A stretch of 64,000 nt of DNA from an uncultured cyanobacterium (lineage in GTDB: Bacteria; Cyanobacteriota; Cyanobacteriia; Cyanobacteriales; Nostocaceae), in NCBI GenBank assembly GCA_963706595.1, contig OY970166.1, positions 4,352,001-4,416,000 on the forward strand, in the 5' to 3' direction. Below are positions 1-10,206 of this stretch, piece by piece. The notes beneath the pieces were generated by a model. It made no database searches, had not been told where the DNA came from, and saw only the letters and a list, made by a program, of their open reading frames with translations. Position numbers and translations under genes: made by a program. Each line of letters begins with the position of its first letter. Position 1 is the first letter of the stretch.

Positions 1-75
1 CTGCTGGGATATCAGGCGGTAATTGTACTGTAATTTTACCGTCTTTTGTGACTGTGGCAATTGTTTCTATACTTT

Positions 76-1299
76 TCATACATCTTCCTCAATTACTGCT
101 AATACGGCTTTTGGTAATAACTTATCTTTAAACCAGACAATTTTGGCGGGGACATTATCTAATTTTACTCCAGCTTTTTCTAAGTTTAATCTTTCGGAAA
201 TAGCTAAAATTAAATTGTCACATCCAGAACTACGCACTTGATAAAATTTCTTTTGCAAATATTCTGGTCGCCAATAACCAACTATTTCTAATAAATAGTC
301 TCTCCCATCAGGATGGACTAACCGAAAATCGGGAATCATCACACTACCAGGAACGGGTAATAAATCCACTTCTCGCTCTAATACCCAATCTGTTTTAAGT
401 GCATCCCATTTATCGGCAAAGGATGACTCTAGCATACTATCGTAAGGCTTACCCTTGGAATAGTGAGACACTAAACCACATTCAGAATTGAGGGTAAATC
501 TTCCCGTGTTCCATGCTTTGGTGTAAGGATCACGAGTTTGCAACGTCGCGGAAAGACTCCATTTAGTGACATGAAGTAAAGCCGGAATTAATTTGGCGAT
601 CGCTAGCCCATATCTTGTACTAGGATTAAATAAACTCGTCGGTCCATCAACGGTAATTGTAAACCCGTGGTCAGCATCACCTTCAATATAAGCCATTAAT
701 TGAAACAACTTCAAATAACGAAACAACAGCTTATATTCCCCTGGAACATTACGATGAGCATTTAAAATTAACTTACTGGCTTTATAAAAAATTCCCTGTA
801 CCTGAGACAAATTATATCTATTTAATAAATCCACCGGACTCGGCGCATCAAAATTAGTTAAAATCTTATTTTCAGCCAAATCAGCATATAAACCATCGCG
901 TACCTGTTCCAACAACACCTCACGTTCCAATTCCTGACTCAACTCATCAGCAATCTTCGTTAAAGTCACCTGAGTAGACTCCCCACTAGGAACCGACTTC
1001 GCCGCCAAAGCAAACACCCGTTCCCGTAACATAGGCGGTTCCAAAGGACTCACCACCTCAAAAGTGCAGAAACTACTCTTGAGAATATAAGCCAAACCCC
1101 GCTTCACCCGATAATCAGTAGCATCACCCTCCAAATCTAAAAGCTGACGTTCCAACACCCCCTGAGTCTTCCCTTTCGCCTCCTCAAAACAACCAATCAA
1201 CTCATTCCCCAAATCCAAAGTTTTCTGATCAATCTTCAACCTCTTCGGAATTATTTCCTCTCCGTTTTGGCGATGACTGAGTAAATCCGTCGGTAACAT
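76..1299 (-). CDS. DUF790 family (Bax1-like) endonuclease
   Basis: 407 aa ORF; C-terminal PD-(D/E)xK-like segment IPDFRLVHPDGRDYLLEIVGYW typical of DUF790; overlaps the upstream XPB-like helicase by 71 nt. Confidence 0.85.
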   Translation of the reverse strand: MLPTDLLSHRQNGEEIIPKRLKIDQKTLDLGNELIGCFEEAKGKTQGVLERQLLDLEGDATDYRVKRGLAYILKSSFCTFEVVSPLEPPMLRERVFALAAKSVPSGESTQVTLTKIADELSQELEREVLLEQVRDGLYADLAENKILTNFDAPSPVDLLNRYNLSQVQGIFYKASKLILNAHRNVPGEYKLLFRYLKLFQLMAYIEGDADHGFTITVDGPTSLFNPSTRYGLAIAKLIPALLHVTKWSLSATLQTRDPYTKAWNTGRFTLNSECGLVSHYSKGKPYDSMLESSFADKWDALKTDWVLEREVDLLPVPGSVMIPDFRLVHPDGRDYLLEIVGYWRPEYLQKKFYQVRSSGCDNLILAISERLNLEKAGVKLDNVPAKIVWFKDKLLPKAVLAVIEEDV

Positions 1300-2803
1300 T
1301 GTTCTTATCCGTTGAATACTTAATCTCTACCTGTTCCGCAGCTTTAGGAGTACTACCCTTCCCACCCCCATAAACAACCTGCAAATTCCCCCTCTTTTCT
1401 TGGCGACCTTGGCGACTTGGCGGTTCGTTACTCCTCTCTTCCCCCCTACGTCGCGCCGAAGTCCCCTCCTCACTAGTATCCTCAGCCACCACCTCATATA
1501 AAATCGCCCGCTTATTAGCCACATTCCCCTTTCTCAACACCCGACCCAAACGCTGAACATACTCCCTAGTCGAACCAGTCCCCGACAAAATAATCGCCAC
1601 AGAAGCAGCAGGAACATCAACCCCCTCATTCAACACATGAGAAGCCACCAAAGTATTGTATTCCCCCTCCCGAAACTTAGTTAAAATTTCATGACGTTCC
1701 TTCACAGGAGTTTGATGAGTAATCGCCGGAATTAATAACTTTTCAGAAATACTATAAACCGTCGCATTATCAGCCGTAAAAATGAGAATCCTTTCCGGAA
1801 AATGTTCCGCCAATAAATTAGCTAAAATCCTTAACTTACCATCAGTACCCAAGGCGATGTTTTTCGCTTCCCGGTGTGCTAACATAGCCCTACGTCCAGC
1901 AGGCGATCGCGCACTCATTTTCACAAACATTTGCCAACCTTGAATACTCCCCAAAGAAATCTTTGATTGGCGCAAAAAATCATTGCGAGTTTGAATTAAT
2001 TGATTGTATCTCTCTCGCTCATTCTGTGATAACTTCACCTTAATTTGGACAATTTCATGGTTAGCTAAAGCACTTCCCGCTAAATCCTCAGCGCGTTTGC
2101 GATAGACTTCCGGTCCAATGAGAATATTTAAATCTGCGTGTTTCCCATCAGTGCGTTCTGGTGTTGCTGATAATCCTAAACGATAAGGTGCGATCGCATA
2201 CTCTGCAATTACCCGTCCAAAATCCGTAGGTAAATGATGACATTCATCAAACACCAGCAAAGCATACTTATTTCCCAAGCTTTCCGCATGAATAGCCGCA
2301 CTATCATAAGTCGCCACTAATATTGCAGTGCGATCGCGTGAACCACCACCCAACAAACCCACCTCAGCATCAGGAAAAGCCGCCACCAAATGAGCATACC
2401 ATTGATGCATCAAATCCAAAGTTGGAACCACAATTAAAGTAGTGCGGGGTGTAGATTGCATCGCCATTTGCGCCAAATAAGTCTTTCCCGCCGCAGTAGG
2501 TAACACCACAACCCCCTGTCTTCCCTCCAACTTCCAAGCTGCTAACGCCTCAACTTGGTGGGGGTAAGGCTCCATTTCCATACTCGGAATTAAATCCACC
2601 GGATAAAATTCCTTAGCCTCATCCACAAAATCAACATCTTCAGCTTGTAGTGCTTCCACCAAAGCCCGATATCTCATGGCGGGAATGCGAAACTTCTCCA
2701 CCCGATCATCCCAAGTAGCATAATCCATCCAACCCTTACCCCGTGGCGGTGGATGTAAAATTAATGTACCGCGATCAAATTTTAAGGTGGGTGTGCGAGC
2801 CAT
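1229..2803 (-). CDS. XPB/Rad25-like SF2 DEAD/DEAH helicase
   Basis: Walker A LPTAAGKT, DECHH, GLSATPER, NEGVDVP, QRLGRVLR motifs. Confidence 0.9.
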   Translation of the reverse strand: MARTPTLKFDRGTLILHPPPRGKGWMDYATWDDRVEKFRIPAMRYRALVEALQAEDVDFVDEAKEFYPVDLIPSMEMEPYPHQVEALAAWKLEGRQGVVVLPTAAGKTYLAQMAMQSTPRTTLIVVPTLDLMHQWYAHLVAAFPDAEVGLLGGGSRDRTAILVATYDSAAIHAESLGNKYALLVFDECHHLPTDFGRVIAEYAIAPYRLGLSATPERTDGKHADLNILIGPEVYRKRAEDLAGSALANHEIVQIKVKLSQNERERYNQLIQTRNDFLRQSKISLGSIQGWQMFVKMSARSPAGRRAMLAHREAKNIALGTDGKLRILANLLAEHFPERILIFTADNATVYSISEKLLIPAITHQTPVKERHEILTKFREGEYNTLVASHVLNEGVDVPAASVAIILSGTGSTREYVQRLGRVLRKGNVANKRAILYEVVAEDTSEEGTSARRRGEERSNEPPSRQGRQEKRGNLQVVYGGGKGSTPKAAEQVEIKYSTDKNNVTDGFTQSSPKRRGNNSEEVED

Positions 2804-2925
2804 TTAGGGATTTTCCAGAGATATATTTAGAAAAAAAATTGTCAAATATTTGGATATATATAATATAGGATTTTCGGCGATTTATTCAGGTTTATTCACA
2901 AGTAAAAATTGCTGATAATAACTTT

Positions 2926-3648
2926 TCACGAATACTTCCCAAGAGATAAAGTTTGAATAAAAGTACGAGATTCAGGAACATGGTAAAAAATTCTGCCTAT
3001 ACTTTCCATTGTTATAAAATCTAATGCTTTGCTCTGAAGGTCTTCTTCTCGAAGAGTTTGAAGATTCGTAGTACCGTAAAGTAATTGTTTTAATTCTCCT
3101 GGTTTCTTCCCTGGTTTTCTGCCAATTAAGTCTTTTGCAGCAGCGATAAATATCTCAGTTGAGGGAAATGTCACAAGCGGAATTACCACAGGTAAGTATT
3201 CGTGGGTGTAACCTTCTCGTGCCTTCGCTCCATAAAATGTTTCTATTCCTCCTACTAATATTTTAGATATACTGAATCTCCAATCCTTAAAGTAGTCATC
3301 AGGCGTAGTAAGCGTATGTTCACTATCAGCCGTGAGTAGTATGATATCCCGGTTACTAACTTCCGTAACTTCTTTTTCAAATTCTGCAAAAGCACCGTAA
3401 AGAGTATTGGTAACTGATCTTCTAAATTCAGCAGCTTGTTCACCTGTTAAATAGCAACCACTATTTAATTTTATAACTTCTCTACAATATTTTTCTACTG
3501 GATCATGCAGTGTTTGCCTTTTTAATTCAAAATAGTTAAGAGTCACATTATTTTCATAACCATTAGATAGAATACATTCAGAAATTTTTCTAAAAATTGC
3601 CCTATCAGTAGCTCCATCTCCAATAATCCCTATATTTCTCTCTGGCAT
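2926..3648 (-). CDS. Hypothetical protein, probable TOPRIM-like (DUF4276-like) partner of the adjacent ATPase
   Basis: 240 aa ORF; IGIIGDGATDRAIF (variant of hhVEGxxD), LTADSE, STEIFI; starts 14 nt after the ATPase stop. Confidence 0.5.
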   Translation of the reverse strand: MPERNIGIIGDGATDRAIFRKISECILSNGYENNVTLNYFELKRQTLHDPVEKYCREVIKLNSGCYLTGEQAAEFRRSVTNTLYGAFAEFEKEVTEVSNRDIILLTADSEHTLTTPDDYFKDWRFSISKILVGGIETFYGAKAREGYTHEYLPVVIPLVTFPSTEIFIAAAKDLIGRKPGKKPGELKQLLYGTTNLQTLREEDLQSKALDFITMESIGRIFYHVPESRTFIQTLSLGKYS

Positions 3649-3662
3649 TACATTTTACCCAA

Positions 3663-4919
3663 TTACCCAATTGTCCCGGAGTACCAAAGTTCTGCTAATT
3701 GATACTTTGGTATTTGTACTATCCGTTTCCCTGTAGTTTCATCATCTATTATCTCACCTTCTACAGTACCTATACCGACAAGTGTTTCCAGAGATGTATT
3801 TAGATTTCTGACATCACTTGTTCTATTACGTTTTTCTAAACGAACTGTATAAACATGATCTAAGTAATTATGAAATTCACGTAAGACAGAGGGACTATGA
3901 GAAGTAATAATAAATTGAGATGTATATCCTTCTGAAGTTGGAGATGTCATTTGCCAAATCCAATGCATTAGTTCTTGAATATTCCCAGGATTTACACCAT
4001 TTTCAATTTCTTCTAAAAGTATCAAACTTGGTGGTCTATAAAGAGAAGCTAGAAGACTAATAGCCGCCGCTTTCATAAATCCATCTGAAACCGAATCTGG
4101 AGTGAACTCCTCTACAGTTGTTTTTCTGCCAAAATCGAACTCCCAAACCAGTTTAGAAATCTTCTCATTATAGCGAACACCTTGAAAATTATTTTCAAAT
4201 CTCCTCATTAAAGCTGTAAATCTTGTAAATGTCCGTTCCTCTTTTTCTTTAATATATTTAACAACTGCTTGCAATCCCAGCCCTGTACTACCTAATTCAG
4301 CAGGAATTTTAATATAATCACTTTTTCCTATTTCATGAGGAGAATCATCAAGATTCCCCATTTGCTCATCTTTAACTAAACCTTTGAGAAAAGCAGGTTG
4401 AAAATGATAACTATATGTATTTGCAAAATCCCCAAAAAACTCTTTACACAATTGTTTTTCTGCTGTTTGCAAAGATGCATTGTCTTCAAGGTCTTGCCTT
4501 AAAGCCATTAAGTTAGTTGACTGGTCATGTCCACTGGTAATTATCTTTTCATCTGCACTATCTAGCCTTATTGTTATTTTTTCTTTGCAGCTAGCAGATT
4601 CTGGAAAATGCCTATTTTCATATAATTCCATTTCATAGATAATACTTCCCTTTAAGTTATTCCAAGTTATTATAAATCCCATTGGTTCATGATCAGCAGC
4701 TAGCCTATAACGATGAGGATATAAATCTCTATGAACATTAACTGTTTTATTAATATTTCCAGGACGACCTCTTCTTACTAGCCTACAAAAGTGTTGTATC
4801 CCTGTTAAAAGGTTAGACTTGCCTGAATTATTATTACCAATCAGCAAGGTTACTGGATGAAGCTGTACAGTAGTCAGTTTATGTGTTTTAAAGTTTTTAA
4901 GTGTAACTTGTTTAAACAT
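3663..4919 (-). CDS. AAA_21/AAA_15-type ABC ATPase
   Basis: N-terminal LKNFKT, Walker A GNNNSGKS, signature VSDG, Walker B LILLEEIENG, H-loop ITSHSP. Confidence 0.85.
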   Translation of the reverse strand: MFKQVTLKNFKTHKLTTVQLHPVTLLIGNNNSGKSNLLTGIQHFCRLVRRGRPGNINKTVNVHRDLYPHRYRLAADHEPMGFIITWNNLKGSIIYEMELYENRHFPESASCKEKITIRLDSADEKIITSGHDQSTNLMALRQDLEDNASLQTAEKQLCKEFFGDFANTYSYHFQPAFLKGLVKDEQMGNLDDSPHEIGKSDYIKIPAELGSTGLGLQAVVKYIKEKEERTFTRFTALMRRFENNFQGVRYNEKISKLVWEFDFGRKTTVEEFTPDSVSDGFMKAAAISLLASLYRPPSLILLEEIENGVNPGNIQELMHWIWQMTSPTSEGYTSQFIITSHSPSVLREFHNYLDHVYTVRLEKRNRTSDVRNLNTSLETLVGIGTVEGEIIDDETTGKRIVQIPKYQLAELWYSGTIG

Positions 4920-5115
4920 GATTTTTTTTAGTGATGAACAAGATTTTACATTGCTACTCTTAAAAATACAACTGTTTCGCTTGTTTGCTGACTTAAAGCA
5001 TTAATCTTTTGAGCGATTGCTTGCAACACAAATTGTTCAGTTGAAACTCCCTAAATACTTACCCATTTTTCAATCTTTTGTTGGAGTTGATCAGGAAAAT
5101 TCATATTTTTAACCC

Positions 5116-6264
5116 TTAAAGTGACAGTCTTTGCAAAACTTGCTTAAACACCATCGCCGCCCAATCAACATCAGCCTCCGTAGTATCACGCCCCAAAGTC
5201 AAGCGCACCCCTCCCAAAGCAGCTGATTCGGGATAACCCATTGCTAAAAGTATCGGACTAGGGCTAAGTTTACCACTGTGACAGGCAGAACCGGCACTAA
5301 TACCAATACCAGCCAGATTCATTTGTCTTACCAAAGCTTTACCACTGATTTTTTTACCATCGGCGTGTTCTAGACAGAAACTGACATGGTGAGGTAAACG
5401 ATGATTGCGATCGCCTGTGGGAATTAAACCAGGAATATCTGCTAAGTGAGAAAATAGGCGATCGCGCAACTTGATTAAACGGGGGATTTCACTCAGTAAT
5501 TCTACGGTTGCTAATTCGGCTGCAATTCCAAAACCGGCGATCGCAGGTACGGCTTGAGTCCCAGAACGCAATCCCATTTCTTGACCACCACCACCCAACA
5601 AAGGCACTAATTCGATATTCGGACGCACATACAGCGCCCCAGCCCCTTGGGGACCATATATCTTATGACTGGAAAGGCTGAGTAAATCTACGGGCAATTT
5701 CTGCACATCTATGGGTACACGTCCCGCAGCTTGGACTGCATCTGTGTGAAATAAAACCCCATGTTTTTGGGCAATATTTCCTAATTCTGCAATTGGTTGG
5801 ATAGTACCGATTTCACTTTGTCCGTAAATCACCGACACTAAAACAGTGTTATCTTGCAAAGCTGCTGTTAAATCCTGGGGGTGAACTCTTCCTTTAGCAT
5901 CTACACCCAAACGTGTCACTTTCCAACCCCAGATTTCCAATAATCGCGCTGGTTCAGAAATGGCGGAATGTTCCACCTGGGAAATAATTATGTGTTGCGG
6001 TACAGTATATAATCTGGCAATGCCCATAATGGCTAAATTATTAGCTTCTGTACCACCCGCAGTAAAAATAATCGATTCTGGATGAGCCGCATTAATTAAA
6101 CCTGCAACTTGGATTCTCGCTTGTTCTACCATTGTGGCGGCTCGTTGTCCCCACTCATGTAAGCTAGAAGGATTGCCCCATTGTTGATTGAGGGCTGTTT
6201 GCATAGCTGCGATCGCTTCTGGGCGAGTGGGAGTAGTGGCGCTGTAATCTAAATATATTTGCAT
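5116..6264 (-). CDS. iscS: Cysteine desulfurase (NifS/IscS family)
   Basis: YLDYSATTP, HTDAVQ, SSHKIYGP (PLP Lys), SAGSACHS (catalytic Cys). Confidence 0.9.
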   Translation of the reverse strand: MQIYLDYSATTPTRPEAIAAMQTALNQQWGNPSSLHEWGQRAATMVEQARIQVAGLINAAHPESIIFTAGGTEANNLAIMGIARLYTVPQHIIISQVEHSAISEPARLLEIWGWKVTRLGVDAKGRVHPQDLTAALQDNTVLVSVIYGQSEIGTIQPIAELGNIAQKHGVLFHTDAVQAAGRVPIDVQKLPVDLLSLSSHKIYGPQGAGALYVRPNIELVPLLGGGGQEMGLRSGTQAVPAIAGFGIAAELATVELLSEIPRLIKLRDRLFSHLADIPGLIPTGDRNHRLPHHVSFCLEHADGKKISGKALVRQMNLAGIGISAGSACHSGKLSPSPILLAMGYPESAALGGVRLTLGRDTTEADVDWAAMVFKQVLQRLSL

Positions 6265-6394
6265 ATTATCAATAATTGTGTTAATGCACGAACTACCTAT
6301 ATTTTCAGGAATATCAGTCAGTGGCTGAATTTGGGATACTAAATTTTGGGAAATATAAATGTGTTCATCCCCAATCCACTTTTAACAAATTACC

Positions 6395-8023
6395 GTGCAG
6401 ATTTTCCCACAACGAAAATATTTCCTGATCTTTTTTCTGATTCTCGCCATAGCTGCTTGTCAAAAAGCCCAACCCAAAAATCAGCTTCTAGCAGCCTTAC
6501 CACAAGATCCATTAGTTCAAGTTTACTTTAACCATTCCCAAGCTTCAGAATACCAAGAACCTTACCGCCAGCAAACACGCCTGGGGGATAATTTAGAACA
6601 ACAGATTATTGATGCTATTTCTCAAGCTAAAACCACAGTAGACGTAGCTATTCAAGAATTTCGTTTACCTAAAATTGCTCAAGCATTAGCCCAGAGACAA
6701 AAAGCGGGTGTGAAAGTGAGAGTAATTTTAGAAGATAATTACAGTCGTCCTTGGAGTAGTTTAACACCTGGGGAAATCCAAAAGTTCACACCTAGAGAAC
6801 AAGCTCGTTATCAGGAATTTTTTAATTTTGTTGATTTAAACCAAGATAATCAACTGAGTCCCGAAGAAATTAATCAAAGGGACGCATTAATAATTTTAAA
6901 TAATGCCAAAATTCCTTGGATAGATGATCGGGCTGATGGTTCAGCCGGTAGTAATTTGATGCATCACAAATTTGTGATTGTTGATAATCGTTGGGTAATT
7001 AAAACTTCGGCTAATTTTACTCTGAGTGATATTCATGGTGATTACAGTAATCTTAGCAGTTTAGGCAATGCCAACAATTTCTTAGAAATTGATAGCCCAG
7101 AATTAGCTGTGTTATTTACTGAGGAGTTTAATATTATGTGGGGTGATGGTCCAGGAGGTCAGCCAGATAGTAAATTTGGCATCCAAAAACCAATGCGATC
7201 GCCTCAAACTATAACATTAGGTGAAACTAAAATAACCGTAAATTTTTCGCCTATTTCCCCAACGCAACCTTGGCAGAAATCGAGTAATGGTTTAATCGGA
7301 AAAACTTTAGATTCTGCAAGCAAATCTATTGATATGGCGTTGTTTGTTTTTTCTGAACAGCGTCTAGCTAATATTCTCAAAACCCGTTATCAAAATAATG
7401 TTTCCATTCGGGCTTTAATTGATTCACAATTTGCCTATCGTTATTATAGTGACGCTATGGATATGATGGGAGTAGCGCTGAGTAATGATTGTAAATATGA
7501 AGTAGATAATAATCCTTGGCAAAATCCTCTAACTACTGTGGGTATACCTACTTTAGCTAGAGGTGATTTATTGCATCACAAATTTGGCGTTATTGACCAA
7601 AAAACAGTCATTACAGGTTCTCATAATTGGTCAAAAGCTGCCAATCATGGTAACGATGAAGCACTGTTAATAGTGGAAAATCCGACAATTGCAGCCCATT
7701 ACGTGCGTGAATTTGCCCGTCTTTATGGTGATGCTAAACTGGGTGTACCGCCATCAGTTCAACAAAAAATTGCCTCAGAGAAAAAACAATGTCCTCAGAT
7801 AATAAGTCAGACATCGAGTAAGTCTCTAGAAATTAAACCCGTAAATATCAATACTGCGTCCTTAGAAGAATTGGTAACTCTTCCGGGAGTAGGTAAAAAA
7901 TTAGCCCAAAAAATCATAGTTGCTCGTCAGCAGCAAAAGTTTACATCTTTAGAAGATTTAGCCAGAGTCTCAGGCATTAGTACCAGGATGACAGAAAAAT
8001 GGGGCGATCGCATTAGTTGGTAA
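6395..8023 (+). CDS. comA: Competence nuclease ComA (two PLD HKD domains + ComEA helix-hairpin-helix), lipoprotein
   Basis: Lipobox IAAC; HHKFVIVD and HHKFGVID; C-terminal VNINTAS..LPGVGKKLA HhH. Confidence 0.8.
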   Translation: MQIFPQRKYFLIFFLILAIAACQKAQPKNQLLAALPQDPLVQVYFNHSQASEYQEPYRQQTRLGDNLEQQIIDAISQAKTTVDVAIQEFRLPKIAQALAQRQKAGVKVRVILEDNYSRPWSSLTPGEIQKFTPREQARYQEFFNFVDLNQDNQLSPEEINQRDALIILNNAKIPWIDDRADGSAGSNLMHHKFVIVDNRWVIKTSANFTLSDIHGDYSNLSSLGNANNFLEIDSPELAVLFTEEFNIMWGDGPGGQPDSKFGIQKPMRSPQTITLGETKITVNFSPISPTQPWQKSSNGLIGKTLDSASKSIDMALFVFSEQRLANILKTRYQNNVSIRALIDSQFAYRYYSDAMDMMGVALSNDCKYEVDNNPWQNPLTTVGIPTLARGDLLHHKFGVIDQKTVITGSHNWSKAANHGNDEALLIVENPTIAAHYVREFARLYGDAKLGVPPSVQQKIASEKKQCPQIISQTSSKSLEIKPVNINTASLEELVTLPGVGKKLAQKIIVARQQQKFTSLEDLARVSGISTRMTEKWGDRISW

Positions 8024-8030
8024 AAATTTT

Positions 8031-8137
8031 GGCGTTGCTAATTTGATCATGAATTGAGATTTTTGTAATCTGCCTCAAGGTAGACTTTGCGAGCCTGAGA
8101 GCAAAATAGCACAATTCCTACGATCAATCAGCAACGC
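8031..8137. mobile_element. MITE-like element (GGCGTTGCT...AGCAACGC ends)
   Basis: Imperfect terminal inverted repeats; same end family as 23688-23799 and 27979-28041. Confidence 0.5.
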
Positions 8138-8773
8138 TCTTTTTGAACATTTTTGACTTGAGATACCTATTGCTAAAGGCTATTTAGCGAATGTGAATGG
8201 TTAATAATTATAGTTAGCTGACAAATCAGGTAGCGCGATCGCCCTACTTGTTACTTAACTTATTATAAAAATTAAAAAATCTTTTAATCATAAACCCTTA
8301 GTCTTTTACTTGGTTTTTCTTTAATCAAATAACACACAATCTTCACAAACCCAGAATTATTTATTTAGTCTATTTCTCCGAAAAATTGCCGTGTAATTCA
8401 TGTTGCTTGTAAATTTGAGAAATTTGGTAATTTAACTTTACTTTGTAATTTTTACATAAAGTTCCGGGTTACTACTGGCAAAACACTCAAGTAAACAGTA
8501 TGGTGTAAAAGTGAACTTACGAAGTATTGCTTAGTAAAATAAGCCATTAGTGTACTCGCTGAAGTTCAAGCCTCGCTAGTGCTGGAAAAAGTCATAAAAA
8601 TGCCTGATTTTTAGGTATTTACCACACTTAAGTATCTGCGATCGCGGCAAAAGTTGGATTTACGGACTGTCGTCACAAAAAACTTGAGTACGATTTTAAA
8701 CTTCTCAAGAATCTGACGACATGGATTTCAGAACATCTCAGTAATAACAGTTACAATAGGAGACATCACATCA

Positions 8774-9967
8774 ATGCTGAATTCCAAAAAAAACTTGTCT
8801 CAATTGGCAGCACGTGCTGCTGTATGTTCATTCGCAATAGCTGGAATATTCGTCCCATCGGCAGCTCGTGCGGCCAGCTTAGTCACAGGTTTTACTCCTT
8901 CGGGCGGTGCAGTTGAACCCGGTAACTATGACGTATTTTTAGATGCTGGTGACCCACTACACATAGATGTGACTGTAACCGTCCCCGCAACACCTTCCAA
9001 ACTGGACTTATTCCTACTGGAAGACCTGTCTGGTTCATTTGGGGATGATCTTAATGTAATCAAGACTTTAGTACCAAATTTAGTCACTTCCATCACAGGT
9101 ATTGTGTCTGATACCTTCTTTGGTGTTGGCTCTTATGTTGACAAACCAATTTCCCCATTTGGTTTTTCTGGTGACTATGTATATAGAACCGACTTAGCTC
9201 TGACTGCTGACACAGGTTTACTGCAAACGACTGTCAATGGACTCACCATTAGAAATGGTGGCGATTTCCCTGAATCACAACTAGAAGCACTGTTACAAAC
9301 AGCAGTTCGCGCTACTGGTGAAGTTGGCTTCCGGAATGATGCCTTTAAGGTTGTGGTTTTATCTACAGATGCTACTTACCACAAAGCTGGTGATTTTGCC
9401 TCTAGACCTCCAAATGACGGAGATGCCATTCTTGATGGTAGTCCAGAAGGAACTGGTGAAGATTATCCCAGCATTGCTCAGGTAAAAAATGCCTTACAGG
9501 CTGCTAACATTATCCCCATCTTTGCAGTCACAACCAATGTCATATCTACCTATGAAGATTTGGTAGCTCAGTTAGGATTTGGTTCAGTAGTCCAACTGTC
9601 AAGTAATAGTTCTAATTTGGTAACTGCAATCACCAGTGGTTTATCAGATGTTTTCAGAGACATCACTCTGAATGTAGAAGGTGATGATTTTGGTTACGTC
9701 CAGAGTATTACTCCTGGTGTATTTACAGATGTACCAGAAGGAGACAGCAGAACCTTCAAGGTAGAATTACTCGCTGATGGTGTTGATGATGCCAACGATA
9801 CTCTGAGTTTAGTTGCTCCTGGATTCGGAACAACATTGGTTAACGTTACTGTCAGTGATACAACCTCTGTACCCGAACCAACCACTATGTTGGGTCTGTT
9901 GGCATTCGGTGCTGTTGGGGCTTCCACCGCATTGAAACGTAAACAAAAAGCTGTCGCTACAGTGTAA
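8774..9967 (+). CDS. PEP-CTERM surface protein with integrin-beta-like VWA (beta-I) domain
   Basis: Signal peptide; MIDAS DLSGS followed by DD, GSYVDK, DFPES, STDA, DYPSI; C-terminal VPEPTT + TM + KRKQK. Confidence 0.85.
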   Translation: MLNSKKNLSQLAARAAVCSFAIAGIFVPSAARAASLVTGFTPSGGAVEPGNYDVFLDAGDPLHIDVTVTVPATPSKLDLFLLEDLSGSFGDDLNVIKTLVPNLVTSITGIVSDTFFGVGSYVDKPISPFGFSGDYVYRTDLALTADTGLLQTTVNGLTIRNGGDFPESQLEALLQTAVRATGEVGFRNDAFKVVVLSTDATYHKAGDFASRPPNDGDAILDGSPEGTGEDYPSIAQVKNALQAANIIPIFAVTTNVISTYEDLVAQLGFGSVVQLSSNSSNLVTAITSGLSDVFRDITLNVEGDDFGYVQSITPGVFTDVPEGDSRTFKVELLADGVDDANDTLSLVAPGFGTTLVNVTVSDTTSVPEPTTMLGLLAFGAVGASTALKRKQKAVATV

Positions 9968-9991
9968 AACATCACTTATATATTTAGTAAC

Positions 9992-10028
9992 TGCTGTGTT
10001 TTCTGTTGAAAGACACGGCAATTTTTTT
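9992..10028 (+). terminator. Rho-independent terminator
   Basis: Stem tgctgtgttttc/gaaagacacggca followed by a T-tract, just after the PEP-CTERM gene. Confidence 0.65.
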
Positions 10029-10206
10029 ATGTTGAGATTTGCCGAAATCGGGGCATGATATCATGCCCGCCTAATTAGCGCTCTTTTATGACTCTGATGA
10101 AAGAAAAGATGTAGCTTGCTTCCCCCCACTCCCCACTCCCCACTCCCTTTTTTAAGGAATTACTAAGACAGTTGTGTACCCCTCCGGTGCTAGAGTGTAA
10201 GATGAC

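Noticed and set aside
8400..8770. c-di-GMP riboswitch upstream of the PEP-CTERM gene
   Set aside because: GEMM core motifs not found
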